64,000 bases of DNA from Iphione sp. A-MEVVRFRX5 (GCA_976226885.1 OZ320313.1:145452001-145516000); one strand, 5' to 3'; counted from the stretch's first letter, positions 1-12,715 are shown. Made by a program: numbers and translations. Notes: a model not told the origin generated them from the letters alone.

Positions 1-1256
1 ATGGTTAAGGTCTCCCCAGTAAAGGCTTATATTTAAAAGTTACAGTGTCTATTTCCATTGGAGGTAACCGTCTGCCTTTTTCATATATACTTCACCTTAG
101 GTTTGATTGCTGTTAATCTATGCGTATAAAAGTACATGTATTCGATTACTGTTAATCAATACATTTCAGTGTAAGGTTTTACTCTTCGTTAGTTTCTCTT
201 TAGAAGCATTGTTGAAAATCGTTGTCTGCTTCTTTAGCAGTACATTACCTTTGTATTGAATTTCAAACTGTACAGTACTTTCCAAAGGTAGCCCTGTAGT
301 CGACTTTATTTTTAGCCTTTCCACTTTCGTTACGAGTGTTGTCATCAATGCTATGGTAGCACATTTAGAGTTCTATTTCGTTTGCTTATATTTAAAATGA
401 AAAGGAGCACTGTTTAAATAATGCATGTTTCAAATCAACAAAAAAAGCGATAATGTAAGAACTTCAGACAGACGAAATTAAGTTAAGACAGAAAACGCGG
501 TATATATATATGTTTTCCTTACTCCATTTGAATTCTGAAAAATCACATAAGTATATTGGCACACATTGTCGAACTGTGAGTGACACATTTTTCATGAGAT
601 CTTTAATCTAACTCGTGATGCAATGTTGCCACATTGAGGTAATCCTTTAGATTATGTTAACGACATTCAGTTCATGTACATATAGTTTAATCTAAAGGAA
701 CTTGAAATATTCCTCTGTGATGTTCTGAAATTCTTATGGCAGATCTTTTAGGGACTTGCGTTGATTGATAAAAAAACAAGCATGTTAGCACACACGGATT
801 TTTATATTTTCATAAAAAAAAAATTCGAAAAGGTGACTCTGTCGTCTGAATGGTACATAGGTATAACTTTGTCAACGAAGTAGATCTTTCCCTTTATGTA
901 AAACGTGGTTCCATGAAGCTTATTATTTAAATAAGCTATTTTAAATCTTTGAGTTAATCTTTTTATAAATCATGTATTACCAGGACAATATCTTTCTTTA
1001 TCGGAGTCATTTTCTATAGATTCTTATAAATATAGGTCAGTGTAAGCGGCCTTAGGCCCTATATAAGATACATAATGACTGTTTCGTTATAAAGGAATTT
1101 TATCACTCCCAGAGAGCACCTTTTCTACATTATTTCCTTCATGCTCTCATGCTTTGTGTACATTTGTTGCTTGCTGTCGCTGTGGTCGTTGTTGCTTTAG
1201 TCTTGCATGTCCCTGAGCTGCTCTTTGGTGTACAGGTTATGCTGTCCCACTCACAG

Positions 1257-1366
1257 GACGAGCCGCTCGCCACCAGCTCCATTCACCTGCTCTGGATCAT
1301 CGTGTTCCTGGCTGCTAATATCACGGTGCTCTACTACGTCTTTAGAGATCAGCAGCTCTACAATAG
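1257..1366 (+). CDS. RNFT2: RNFT exon (DEPLATSS...DQQLYN)
   Basis: Acceptor cactcacag|gac, with an alternative in-frame tacag|gtt at 1236; donor aatag|gtattt, phase 2. The start is uncertain. Confidence 0.82.
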
Positions 1367-4300
1367 GTATTTAGTCTTGTCTGTTAGTAGCCCTATGATA
1401 ACTGAAGGTTAGAATAACATATTGGCTTTTTAAAAAAAATGTGGTGACTGTATGAACAAGTGTTAGTGAAGTTATATTTCCAGTAGCAAATTGTCTTGGT
1501 ACAAAAGTCATGATAAGCCTTTCATTTCACCAAGTGCTGCCTACATGTGCATATTTATGTAAGTACCACGTTCGATCTGTCCTGAGAAGTGAATTAGTTT
1601 ACATCTACCTGCCCATTGACTTGATTTACCCTGCCCACCCTATCTATTCTCTCTTCCCTGCCTAACCTACTCCTGTCAGCTTTTTCTAACTTTCCCTAAG
1701 AACGAAACTTATCCTGCCCATCTTAACCTACCTACCTACCTACCTCCCAACCTACCTTGCTGCCTGTCTACCCACCTACCTACTACCAACCTACCTACCT
1801 ACCTACCTACCTACCTACCTACCTACCTACCTACCTACCTACCTACATTCCTACCTAATTAACTAACTGACTACCAACTCACACTCAACTACCAACCTGC
1901 CTATTTCCCACTGACTTACCTACCTCTTCTTAAACTACGCAGCCTGTCCTGGATAACTTATGTAGCCTACCAAGCTTTATCTACAAACTTCTTCCTGCTT
2001 GTTTTTAGAAGTAGATTTCCTGTTTGTACTTGTTCCTTTTTTGTACATGTGTTCAGGTACTTTGGCAATTTATGTTATTATCAATCCTGGTTTTTTTTTG
2101 TTTTTTTTTTCAAGTTTGCTCCTACGAATGCCACAAATCAAGCAGGTTGACTTGTGGATGCTGCTCTGGGTTGTGGGCATCACTGACTTCATCATCAAGT
2201 TTGGCGCTATTCTACTCAAAGCCATCGTGGCCTTGGTGCCAAGGGCTCTGCTCCAACACAAAAAGAAAGTGAGTTTTTACTTAGAATTACATGTACTTAC
2301 AGTCAAGACTCTTTATCCGAATGAACCATGTTTCACTTGCCATGTTTACTTCTGTATGTATGGAATTCATATGCTTAGTACCAATCATATCTAAACTAAT
2401 ACATCTTCTTACCCTTGTAATTCCATTGTCAGTTAAGTCTGGCATTTGATGTCTTACAAGTTATTTTAATGGTAAAACCTTGTATTTTATGTTTCCACAA
2501 AAACAGACAATCCAGTGAGCTTTTTCTCTATTTTGATGTATAATTTCCCCGGGGAAAAGTTACTTATCTCCAGATACATTATTTTGATTATAGATTATAT
2601 TGACAAATGCATTCTCTATTAGATTTCAAGGATGCTAGAGAGAAAGATACCACTACTGTAAATAAAATATAAAACATGAAATTAAAGTACTTGCTTAATT
2701 AATGATGCACAAATATGCGGGTAAATCATATCAAATAGACAAGGTTAACATTTGTAGTGCTTCTGGCAGTCAGCTATGGGAGGCTGGTCTTCTACAGCAC
2801 AACTTTTTTAATAAGTTCCTTCATGTTTATGGAGAGCTAACAAAAGTGTGCCTCACTGTTAGACCGTATTTTTAAGGCTGTCATTTACATCATGGCCATG
2901 TCATTGCCTATTAATGGTCTCCTGTAGTAGAGATTCGGTACAACTAAAATGCTTCTGATGTACAGAGAATTACCTGTGGTATCGAGAAAATATTATTTAG
3001 GAGCATATTTACAGGTTAAAAATGAGCTTTTTGTCATTTGTGTCATTTATGTCATGATCCTCAATTTACATATGAGAAATGTAGTGGGAAAATTTTTCTT
3101 TGGTCTGAGTGCTAATTCACTCAAAATATGTTCCACTAGATATCTTTTGGAAAATCAATTTAAAATGTTGAGAACAGAAGTTTGTTTTTTTTCCATTTGC
3201 ATACTGCCAAATGCCAGACTAAACTGAGAATGAGTATGTATTGCTTGATTTAACAGCATAAGTCTACTATGTACTACCCCATTCTTTTCTTACAGGGAAA
3301 ATTTTACATGATAATTGAGCACTTCTCACAGTTTTATCGCTGCTTGGTCCCCATTCCACCTTGGATAGCCTTCTTAAAAGACGATAAGGATGGGGGACAG
3401 TGGCTCGCCTACTTGCTCCTAGTAATTTATATAATTTGTAAGGTAAGGTACCTACATCATTTACTGCTGTACCAATTAAGTGAAATCGTCTGATCAAGTT
3501 GAATCTGTTACATTGCTACACCATTGTTCCAGTTGAGTAGTTGTTAAAACTAGATACTGATCCATGTTATGAAGGCTGATATTATTTGTTGATATATTTT
3601 TCTTTATTTCGCTTGTCTAGGGGCAACATATGTGGCGGCAAGGGAAAGAATTAAGAAAAGCACTAAGTAAATTCCAGGTCGATGTTGTAAGTAAAAATTC
3701 TCTGGTTACATCTACACAATACATGGACACTATAATGTAGTTATGATACAGTGGAAAGCCTCTAAACACGATACCCTTTGTTCTTTTCCAAACTATCCCA
3801 TATTGAAACATGAGAGACTTCTGTTAATATATAGGCAGATACAATACATTTCCCCCAAAATTGTCTTTACAAGAGGCAAGTACAATGTACATATCAGAGA
3901 CGTGTCTCTAAGGTGGCATTCCAATGTGTATGACTCTTCAAATATGCTTCAAAGTTTCTAAGAGGTGCAGTGCTCAGTCATGCAGAACCGAGAGTTGTAA
4001 ACCTAAAGGACTTAAACAAGCCCAGCCAACCACCCAAAAACAAGGTGCCAATCAAGGTGGTTNNNNNNNNNNNNNNNNNNNNNNNNNNNNNNNNNNNNNN
4101 NNNNNNNNNNNNNNNNNNNNNNNNNNNNNNNNNNNNNNNNNNNNNNNNNNNNNNNNNNNNNNNNNNNNNNNNNNNNNNNNNNNNNNNNNNNNNNNNNNNN
4201 NNNNNNNNNNNNNNNNNNNNNAGTTGATGGCAGGGGGGCAATAGACTTCACAGGTGCACACTCTTGTTCATAGATAGAATAGCTTTTTTGTCCCCCACCT

Positions 4301-5669
4301 CATAGAGAGGGGGGGGACCTTAGGAATGCTGCTGGCTGACTGTCTGACCTTTCATCCCACTTTTTTGCGTCTTAAAAGTCTAAAACCCTTCAGTCAAATG
4401 AATGGATTTTGATATATGATACTTATATACATTGGCCCATGACACTGTGTAATTAGGTAGTAACCTTATTCTAAAGGTGAAATATTCATTTTTACTCTTT
4501 TGCTAACATATTCACCAACATACATATCATATTTAGGGATTTCTGGGTCTAACAATGCACTCACATACACACACACTCACTGGTAACCCCCTTCTACCAG
4601 CACCATCAAGCTTCAATCAAGGTAGTTGTAGAAAGAGAGACCCTCCTCCGACCCCTCCAGCCCTGCAAGCAATCAACCATGAAATAGGTAGTTCATGGGA
4701 GGGGAGGGGTCACTAGGCCTCAGTGGTCTACACTCTTGTTCTGCCAGACTTCGGATTCATTACTTTCTATTGACTAGATAACCATTGCCTTTGTTTATTA
4801 CTATTTAGCAAGTCATCTCCGCATTTGCTTCTCAGCAGGCTGAGACTTTCTTTGTCTCCCACCTCACAGAGAGGAGGGAACCTTAGGAATACTGCTGTCT
4901 GTCTTTCTGTCACAGTCTTGTGGGTCGTATAATTTCAAAACCCAGCTCTGTCAAGTAGAACCAATTAGTTTCAATTGATTAAATGGCAGGTGGGATACAA
5001 TAGACCTCATAGCTTCCAGTTCTTGTTCCTCTTTCTGCAGAGCTACGGTTCCTGTCCGAGCAGGGACGACTTATCAACAGCTGATAACTGTTGTCCTATA
5101 TGTCAAGACAAGTTTAACGAACCTGTCAAGCTATCCTGCAAGGTAAGCCAACCAGTGAGAGACATGTTGCAGCTAGTCCGTGGAGAAGGGGAGAGAAATG
5201 GGGAGAAAGGGGATAAAATATCAGCTATTGATTGCTTTCCGAAAACTAGTGACCGCTAATGGAATTCTGGTGGATAACCTTCCCTTCTTCACGGGAGTCT
5301 ATTTAGAGGATTTCCGTAGCACTTATGGAGATAAAAGGGTTGTTAAAAGATTAAAAGAAAGGTCCTAAATATATCTAGACTTCTGTCAGTGTGCTTACGA
5401 CACCCTCTCTATTAGGAAGTGCAGGTAGACTTGTCATATGGCCATTTGCAAAACAACCTAGCTCGACATTTTCTTTGCCTTATTATGAACTAAATATATA
5501 GCGTCAATAGTCTAACTTTGTCACTTTTTTGTTGCAGCACATATTCTGTGAGGATTGTGTATCCATGTGGTTCGACCGCGAGCGAACTTGCCCCATGTGC
5601 CGGGCCAACATTGTTGACAACCCAGTTTGGCGGGATGGCACCACAGCTGGCACTATGCAGCTGTTTTGA
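1257..5669 (+). CDS. RNFT2: RING finger and transmembrane domain-containing E3 ligase (RNFT1/RNFT2 family), 3' part; join(1257..1366,2115..2268,3296..3442,3621..3686,5041..5142,5538..5669); 5' exons lie upstream of the window
   Basis: Six GT-AG exons join in frame to [111 protein letters not shown]...[77 protein letters not shown]. This has TM segments, a C3HC4 RING and the family motifs QQLYNSL, WxVGITDFxxK, KGKFY and WxDGxT, recalled from vertebrate RNFT1/2. It is probably a single co-ortholog of both. Confidence 0.93.
1727..1858. repeat. (CCTA)n microsatellite with degenerate flanks
   Basis: Pure CCTA run at ~1789-1846. Confidence 0.95.
2115..2268 (+). CDS. RNFT2: RNFT exon (SLLLRMP...QHKKK)
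   Basis: Poly-T tract plus caag| acceptor; completes the Ser codon AG+T; donor aaa|gtgagt. Confidence 0.93.
3296..3442 (+). CDS. RNFT2: RNFT exon (GKFYMIIEH...IYIICK)
   Basis: Acceptor ttttcttacag|gga; donor aag|gtaagg; phase 0. Confidence 0.93.
3621..3686 (+). CDS. RNFT2: RNFT small exon ([22 protein letters not shown]), missed by the ORF track
   Basis: Acceptor cttgtctag|ggg; donor gtt|gtaagt; 66 nt, phase 0/0. RKAL matches the corresponding RNFT2 segment. Confidence 0.88.
3749..3889. mobile_element. Degenerate Tc1/pogo-like MITE copy
   Basis: Begins TA|CAGTGGAAAG and shares ttttccaaactatccc-like internal sequence with the copies near 43010 and 51265. Confidence 0.45.
4063..4221. other. 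Assembly gap (159 N) inside an RNFT intron
   Basis: Run of N. The flanking exons join in frame, so no coding exon needs to be in the gap. Confidence 0.99.
4285..4580 (+). repeat. Dispersed repeat family copy with CA-rich tail (also ~4850-4960 and ~54790-55095)
   Basis: Colinear shared blocks: cttaggaatgctgctg, tctaaaacccttcagtcaa, gattttgatata, ctcttttgct.acata, aatgcact.acat.cacacacac. Confidence 0.8.
5041..5142 (+). CDS. RNFT2: RNFT exon, first half of the RING (SYGSC...[17 protein letters not shown])
   Basis: Acceptor ctctttctgcag|agc; donor aag|gtaagc. Confidence 0.94.
5538..5669 (+). CDS. RNFT2: RNFT last coding exon (HIFCEDC...CPMCR...QLF*)
   Basis: Acceptor ttttgttgcag|cac; completes the C3HC4 RING; TGA at 5667-5669. 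Confidence 0.94.
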   Translation, partial: HIFCEDCVSMWFDRERTCPMCRANIVDNPVWRDGTTAGTMQLF

Positions 5670-6188
5670 AGTTGAGCATCTACACCATAGCAATGGTGAG
5701 TCCATTTGATATTTCACCCAACATGCAGAAAAAACAGATTATGAAAAATGTTTTGATGTACAGTTGAGGTAATGTTTCTTGACATCGATATGAATGGGTT
5801 ATTTAAAAGACCTGTCGTTGCTTGTGTGGCATATTTCATGGGCAGCCCTTGTTAACCGATTTCTGTATATCGAGGGAAAATATCTGCACTCACTGTTGGT
5901 TAATCAGGGTCAAATGTATAGTATATATAATACGGACATGCATGTAGTATATGGGGAGTTTTATGCGTTCAGCACTCGTACCCTAAAGGTTTCCAGGGAT
6001 TTCTGGATGAAAACGTATTTATATTACGGGTTCAGCTTTGTGATTTATTATGTAGCGTTTATTCATAGAATCGTACAACCTTTTGTTTTCAACAAATATA
6101 CATTGTGTACACTAGCATATTTTCTATTTTTTGAAGGGAGGGTGAGTGTTTCCGATTCGGTTGTAGAAATTGTGAAACCTTATCTCGC

Positions 6189-6453
6189 AATAAAACTATA
6201 CAGCAAAATAGAGGGGGGGGGATGAAAAATGAGTGAAAGCTTAATGATGTACACGTAACATAGCCATATAAATGTATTTATGTATGTTGGCCTGCCCGTA
6301 AAAGACCGTCCTGTGATGTTACGAGAAAGTTAACGTATCAGGCTGGTTAAACTGCAGAGAATGTTAGGGAAGCAATCGCCTAAGAGTAGAGCAGGACTTG
6401 GTGGACCAGTCTGATCAAATGCACCATTTGCCTGAACTGAAATGTTAAATAAA
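6189..6453 (+). terminator. Candidate polyadenylation signals of RNFT (AATAAA at 6189-6194 and 6448-6453)
   Basis: Canonical hexamers 0.5-0.8 kb after the stop codon; which one is used is unknown. Confidence 0.4.
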
Positions 6454-7658
6454 GTGACGTTGATAACAATTACAAATGGTTAGTCTGAAATACATGTACT
6501 GTTTTCTCTCATTGCGAATGGTTATTGATCATAGCGCATTGTGCAATATGTTTCTTTTGTTGGATGTACGACCACCATAGACATATTCCTTGGCCGTTCG
6601 CCACCAAATCAACATACAACTGAATGCTGCATTATGCACGTGCTAGACTGAGCCCAAGGAAAACCCATGGAAGACGTATTTTTAACTGAAATGACTGTGA
6701 ACGTAAATGGGTATCACCAAGCAAGGCCGATAATGCATGAGTTAAAATGACCGATGCCACTATGAGAAATTTAAATATTTAACTCAGGCAGAGGTAATTC
6801 ATAACAAAGTTATACTGGATTTATATCAGTGTACGTGTACTCTCTAATGTGAGAGGGGATGACAAAGTCAGCCACTAGAGTATTAAAATACATCTACATA
6901 TATAGATGTGTGGAAACACATCCAGAAAATAAGTCTTTTTGATAAAGTTGTGATAATTTTTCGATACAAAGTGAAGAAATATAAATCAGTGGGTCATAAG
7001 GAAAAGGACATGGATACTTTACCCACAGGTTTAGGAGCCGAGTGTCCTTTTTTCTCGCTGACCGCCGGCGCAGTACTGCCACCTGTTGAACGGGAAATTA
7101 ACTTCTCAATGGTACCAACAGATGGCGGCAGGTATGTCCTCAGGTCCACGTGCACAGCCCACAATGATACGCCTGCTTGCTATATCCATTTAAAAGTTTC
7201 TTTCCTCTGATATCATATATGCCATAGATACATTAAATTATTAGGGTCACCCCATTTAGTCTTTTGAAAGCATGAGAAATAAGTAACCCGCCTACAACAA
7301 CATAAAATTCTTTTTCAAATCATGTTTGAGACAAAGAATACAATGACTGTCGCTCGCTGTAGGGGAAACGGAAAGTTACAGAGGTGTTATGTTCGGATAA
7401 ACAGCTCCATAACTTAACTATTATATGCATAATCCCTCTTATATCCCCGAAGCCACGTTTGGCATGATGACGTGAATATAGGCGTCAAGGCTTCTAGTCT
7501 TTAGTGCCGGGTAGGTTAAGACAGTCAGGTATCTTGTGATGATGATTCAACAGGTCATGAATATAAGCAGCCGAGGTTTGGTTTGTATATTGTTAGACGT
7601 GGAGGATGGAGCGGCACAAGCACGTGAGATGTAATTGCCGGGGAAGGCTTCCATAATA

Positions 7659-8261
7659 TTAAGAAGACGTGGCAAAATGCTTCAACCAGCTGATGCTACC
7701 TTGATAGAAGTGAAAATGTTCCACTGTAACTGCCGTTGCTATGACAAGTCATGATTCCCATTGTGACATCATTGCTCACTATGGTGCCTCACTAGGTGAT
7801 TAAACAATATCTGTTTTGGTGGCATTTGGCCCATTAATCACTCATGTAGTCAGAATTTGATAATTCTGTTGTCAAGAGAAAGGGTGTTTCTCTTTGTGAG
7901 GTGTTTGTGATCAAGGTTTCGCCATTTGTGGCTCATCAGGCATCTTTTCTTTGTGCTGGTATCAAGGCATACAACAATTGTTGAATTTTGTCCAATGTCT
8001 CTTTTTGGGAGATTGGCAATGTGTTGAGACCTGTCTAGCTTTGGTGTAAATTTACACCTTCAATTTACTCAGATGTAAAGGTGAGTGTCCTCCCAGTATC
8101 CATAAAAATTTTTCATAGAGCCAAATTACTCAGAGACAAAATAGAACGCAATTGGATTCACCGTCTCCGCACACAAATCCCACAGGGATTAAATTTGATA
8201 GACGCCCCAGTTTATCATTGAGCCTCAGATCAACAGGACAAGAGTGTCCTTCCCATTTGCC
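7659..8261. mobile_element. Penelope-like retroelement remnant: GIY-YIG endonuclease C-terminus on + (8051-8221) preceded by an apparently inverted segment
   Basis: + frame reads SDVKVSVL...LRDKIERNWIHRLRTQIPQGLNLID, matching the PLE endonuclease tail RxxxExxWIxxLxTxxPxGLN. A 15-bp direct repeat aaggcttccataata lies at 7644-7658 and 8262-8276. Confidence 0.7.
7917..7939 (-). ncRNA. Hammerhead ribozyme catalytic core (stems I and III not formable; degenerate)
   Basis: Minus strand reads CUGAUGA-GCCA-caaa-UGGC-GAAA, an exact core with a 4-bp stem II, ~130 bp from the PLE endonuclease remnant. Confidence 0.45.
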
Positions 8262-8265
8262 AAGG

Positions 8266-8411
8266 CTTCCATAATAAATGTGTTTGAAAGAGGCCCCAGT
8301 TTAGTTGGAGGGGAGGGGTTCCATATTAAACGTGTTTGAAAGAGGCCCCAGTTTAGTTGGAGGGGAGGGCTTCCATATTAAACGTGTTTGAAAGAGGCCC
8401 CAGTTTAGTTG
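8266..8411. repeat. 52-bp tandem repeat, ~2.8 copies
   Basis: Unit cttccatattaaacgtgtttgaaagaggccccagtttagttggaggggaggg starts at 8266, 8318 and 8370. Confidence 0.95.
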
Positions 8412-10289
8412 TCTGTCTGTTCTTATAGAATAAAGTTAGAAATTTTTCTGTGGACGTGTGTAGGAGACAGTCGTTCTGGTCCTGTCGAAATTTTACGCAT
8501 ACGCTTACCACACACTTTTTCCTTTTTATAGCTCCCACTGGATATTTTCCCCTTGTCTTGTAGTGGGAAGGGAAAGAGGACAACTGCAGTCTGATCCTTC
8601 AGCCCTGTGACTATCCACTCATCCATCCAGAATTTGCAGACATAGTATCATCCTTTCCATATAGAGTAGGGTCACCGTATTTTCAGGGAGTATCGGTCAG
8701 GATTGGTGCTTGCACCAGTACTGTTTTGGAAAATTTAGGAGAAAGCTTAATAGCAGGGATATGAGCCATAGAAAGTTGGTAATCATTGGTTCATTGTGTT
8801 TCATACTGGCTCATTGTTGGTGATTAGAGAACCACAACTGTACTGGTCAGATAGCTTAACTTGGATTTTATCAAACGTTTTTGACAACACTGTGCAAAAG
8901 ATAGATAGTGTTAGATGTTGGGACTGTGCTCCCTTAAATGCTTACCATACCGCTGTCATCAGTAAACTTCATCATATACATTCTACGAAATAGTTACTTC
9001 GTAACCTCAGTGTGTAGAAGGGTATTAGAAGCTCTGGTGAAAAAAGACTGCCTCTAACATTCCTGTTGGGGTGAACCACTTGACATATACTTTACCATAC
9101 GTCTACATTCCTACTTCCTCGTACGTTTTTGTGCTTTTCCCCGTTTTTTGTCCTAGACCGTTAAGGTTTTTCTGAAGTTCGTCAGTTTGCTAGTGTAAGC
9201 AGCCTCGACATCCACCGTTAACCAAACTTTTGCCCCTCTGACATTAGTTGGTAAATACTTTTTCTTTTGTAATTGCAACCCATTGGTTCATATGTGGAAG
9301 TCAGATCCTCCACTGATGGAAGGCTAATGAGGAGTCGACCTCAACAGGTGGGAAATGGTACTCTAACCAAATGAAGCTAACCATCACAGTCCATGTGCAA
9401 CCTTCCTCCCCCGCCCCCTCGCAACTCACACTATTGTCTGGGAACTTCGAGCAGGGATATGTGTGATTCACAGAAAAAAAAAGCATACAGCTGAGCGGGA
9501 ATTGGTTTCTGCGAAGGCTTTTTAGTGAAAGTTTGATTTCGTCTCAGCAGAAAAGTTGTGTTACTTGGAAAGCGCGGATACGTCCGACTTGGTTGAGTCG
9601 GCTTGACTTGACACAACTGAGTGCACATTCCGGTCAACTGACAGAGGCTTGGTTATTTTTGTTCTTATATTTGGTGATATTTTTGGTGCGAAGTTATATG
9701 TTTTCCTTATCCACTCACTTGTTGAAACTATATATGCATATATACATGTACAACACACGTATTAAATGACGTATCACGAGTAGGCTTGAATATTATCTAA
9801 CTTCTCGTCTCTGACTGCTCGTAACACTGAAGCCCTTCTGCATTTCCGTTTCTTAATAAGAGCCTGTAGCTAGGGAATGTTTATCTGCTTCAGGAATCCA
9901 AGGCAACTGAAATTAGGGACTATGCAAGTTTTATAACAATAGGTCTATTATATAAAGGTTAGATTGCTGATGAGTTATAATGGAAAGCATAGAAAACATA
10001 GTATTTAATGAAAAATTATAGGAATCCAAAATGGATAATTTACAAACTCAGCCCATCCCTGATGCTCCATTTGATGGATACCCGTACTTAGACCCGGCTT
10101 CCATGTGTATGGGTTTCCCACCCCCAGACTCCGTGTATGTGTGTATAGGAAAAATGAACAACTGCACAGCAACTGAGGGTATACCTTATCTCCATGTCTA
10201 GAATCTGGATTTCAGAATCCAGAGGTGTCCGTAAATAGAAAACAGGGAATTTTTTTCTAATTTACATATCATTTGAATTAAAAATGCAC

Positions 10290-10370
10290 ACTTTCCACCA
10301 ATATGATTCAGTCTCCACGAAAATCCATATGATTTTCACCGATATGCTTCTATCTCAATGAAAACACAGT
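10290..10370. repeat. Dispersed repeat fragment shared with 50700-50790
   Basis: ttccaccaatatg at 10293, 50706 and in a 42-bp duplicate ending at 50762. Confidence 0.55.
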
Positions 10371-11584
10371 TTCAATCTTCAATCTGCACACACGTACACA
10401 CACTCACGCAAGCAGTCTCTAAAATTGTATAAAGGTTGGAAAATGTATTTTCCCCCTTTTATTTCAAAATATTGTAAAGTTTCGAAAGGTGGTGGGAAGA
10501 GGACGTAGAATAGAATAAGTGAATAGAGGAATTAGCGGCGCTACGTGTGTAGTTATAAGTCACTGCACTGCTTCGAGCTAGTCGTTTGTGCTTGCCCTTG
10601 TTCGCTCACTTTGAGTGGCCGCAGTCTTTCCATTGACACGCGGGGGCTTTTTTTCTGTTGTACCGCAATCACTGACTGCTGCATCTTTAACTGCGGGTTC
10701 TATTCGTGAAGACGATTGATCTCCTTGGACTGGTTCCAAATCTATGTAAAGCAGACGACACTCTGACTCAGAAATGATCTGGTTCCCGCGTCTTACTAGA
10801 ACAGAGGTAATCAGAAATTAAGCCGTAAAGTGCGAGCCTTATGCCTGATATGTAAAGTGGGACTCGCGCCATCTGGTAATGTTTTTGATGAACCCAAGGA
10901 GCACGCATCTCATTAGCATCTAGCATATAGCTCCCCCGGCCGGGATGCCAGATCAAAGGAAAAGATCTGTGACGTAATCTTCCGAAGAACGTGTGCCTCT
11001 TTTGGTTAACCGGAGTATGTAATTACCTCCGAGACTTGCTAAACCGCGCTTCTGTTTGCGCGTCTGACAATCATCGACAGTATGGGAGGATATTTAAAAA
11101 AGAAACTATGTCATCTCAGTGGTTAAATCAGCCACGCCGTAACGGAAATTTGGTTAAATTTATCACGCATCGTTATCGGCGAACTGCTCCTGGCCAATGT
11201 ATTTGTAAATATTCACTGTAAGAATAGTCTGCTCACTTTCCACTTGAGGGCCGGTTTCCATACCTACATGACTTGGCTGCACATGTTGCATTTTTAATCA
11301 ACAATGCATAGTCAATGGAGGCATTTTATGCCTGCTTTGCGTTATTGTGTGTGCGTTGCTGGTTTTTCAAGCAATGCACCTTTAGTTCACACAAACACGT
11401 GCAAACACTCAAGAAGGATATTGCAGATAGGGTTAGAAGCAGGCACATTTTGCTCGCATTTCAGCACATTTGCATACATTTCATGAGCCATTCGTTAATT
11501 TTTGTGCATTATATCTTGAGTTATCTATGCTGCTGTATAGTTTTTCTTCAGTCATTTGCTCTATCTCTAATCTATTTTCCATCT

Positions 11585-11870
11585 CTATTCCCTGGGTCTG
11601 TACAGGCGGATGTTTCTTGGCAGTCATCAAGCTCAGTCTCCAGGCTTCATGGTTTTTGAGGTCAATATTTGACATCTTCCATGCTTTGAGATCATTCTTG
11701 ATGGTTTGCTGCCATGTCTTTTGGGGGATCAAGCTTTTCTGTGACTGTATACTGCTACATCTCTGCACTTGTTGAGCCAACCAGTACTCTTCTCCACATG
11801 CCCATACCAGTGTTTTGCATGTAAAGCTCTGGTACTCTAAGCTTGGAATCTTTAGCATCTCCAGGACGGT
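11585..11870 (-). mobile_element. Frameshifted non-LTR retrotransposon (RTE-like) ORF2 C-terminus
   Basis: Minus strand gives WYGHVEKSTGWLNKCRDVAV in one frame, then PQKTWQQTIKNDLKAWKMSNIDLKNHEAWR. This fits the WxGHVxR...GRPxKTWxxxIxxDL...DRxxWR tail of RTE-type RTs. Confidence 0.75.
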
Positions 11871-12673
11871 ACCTCACCTTATATATAGGATCTTTTTACA
11901 TGACACATCCTTTTTATCAAGGCCTTATCATTCCTCAGTAGTTTAGTCTTATACAGGCGGCTAATGCCCACAGGCATTCCCAGGCGAACGATACCCAATC
12001 CCTCCAAGCAGTCCCATGGAAACGATGGGTGATGCCTCGAGGCATTAAATTACTATCATATTTCATACCATGAATTTCCAAAGATAGAAATATTGATTGG
12101 AAATAAATCAAATTTAGGCAGAACCCATAAGAATAAGGATGCTTCCATTTAAAACAAAAATAAATAATTAAATTACATGGGAACAGACCCTGATAATGGA
12201 AAGTCACATGTATATAGTGATATTTTCGTATGTTTGTATACACAACCAATAACGTACACAGTAAACAACGTACCTGATGCCAGATTCCAAGTGTCAGTCC
12301 TCAATAAATGCATAGTCATATTTCAAAAATAACTCATAAATCTTAATAGACAACTGAAATATCACTGTATAACAAGCACTTAATTACTTGAATCATCAAA
12401 GCGTACATGTTTTGACGTACTTTACAATGCCGCCACCTGCGGGAATATGTTATATCTACATGCCATGCACTAGAATTGGAGTGCATTCATACAAGCAAAA
12501 GGACACCCCTTTGCATTCCTGTCATGTGACCCTCATATCAATTACCCATAAGGCAGTTTTTATAATTTGGTCCAGTCATATATTTTACACTTATTAGGAC
12601 TTGTACTATCTGTTTACCTGGAAAATTATGGTTGATAGAGCCTTTATTTCCGACCTCTCCGATGTGTATGTAA

Positions 12674-12678
<5 letters not shown>

Positions 12679-12712
<34 letters not shown>
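12679..12712. repeat. (TG)n microsatellite
   Basis: About 17 TG units. Confidence 0.97.

Positions 12713-12715
<3 letters not shown>

Noticed and set aside
1149-1235. In-frame hydrophobic extension of the ORF upstream of the first RNFT exon
   Set aside because: No resemblance to RNFT1/2 as I recall them, and it ends in good acceptor sites; treated as intron.
3924-4261. Five ORFs spanning the N run
   Set aside because: Artefacts of translating through the gap.
8266-8411. Tandem 52-mer as a CRISPR-like array
   Set aside because: Units are head-to-tail with no unique spacers, in a eukaryotic context.
8455-8497. gacag...ctgtc-GAAA hairpin after the PLE remnant as another hammerhead
   Set aside because: The upstream core reads GTGTAGGA instead of CUGANGA, and stem III is unconvincing.
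9966-9995. CTGATGA...GAAA
   Set aside because: No stem II, III or I pairing.
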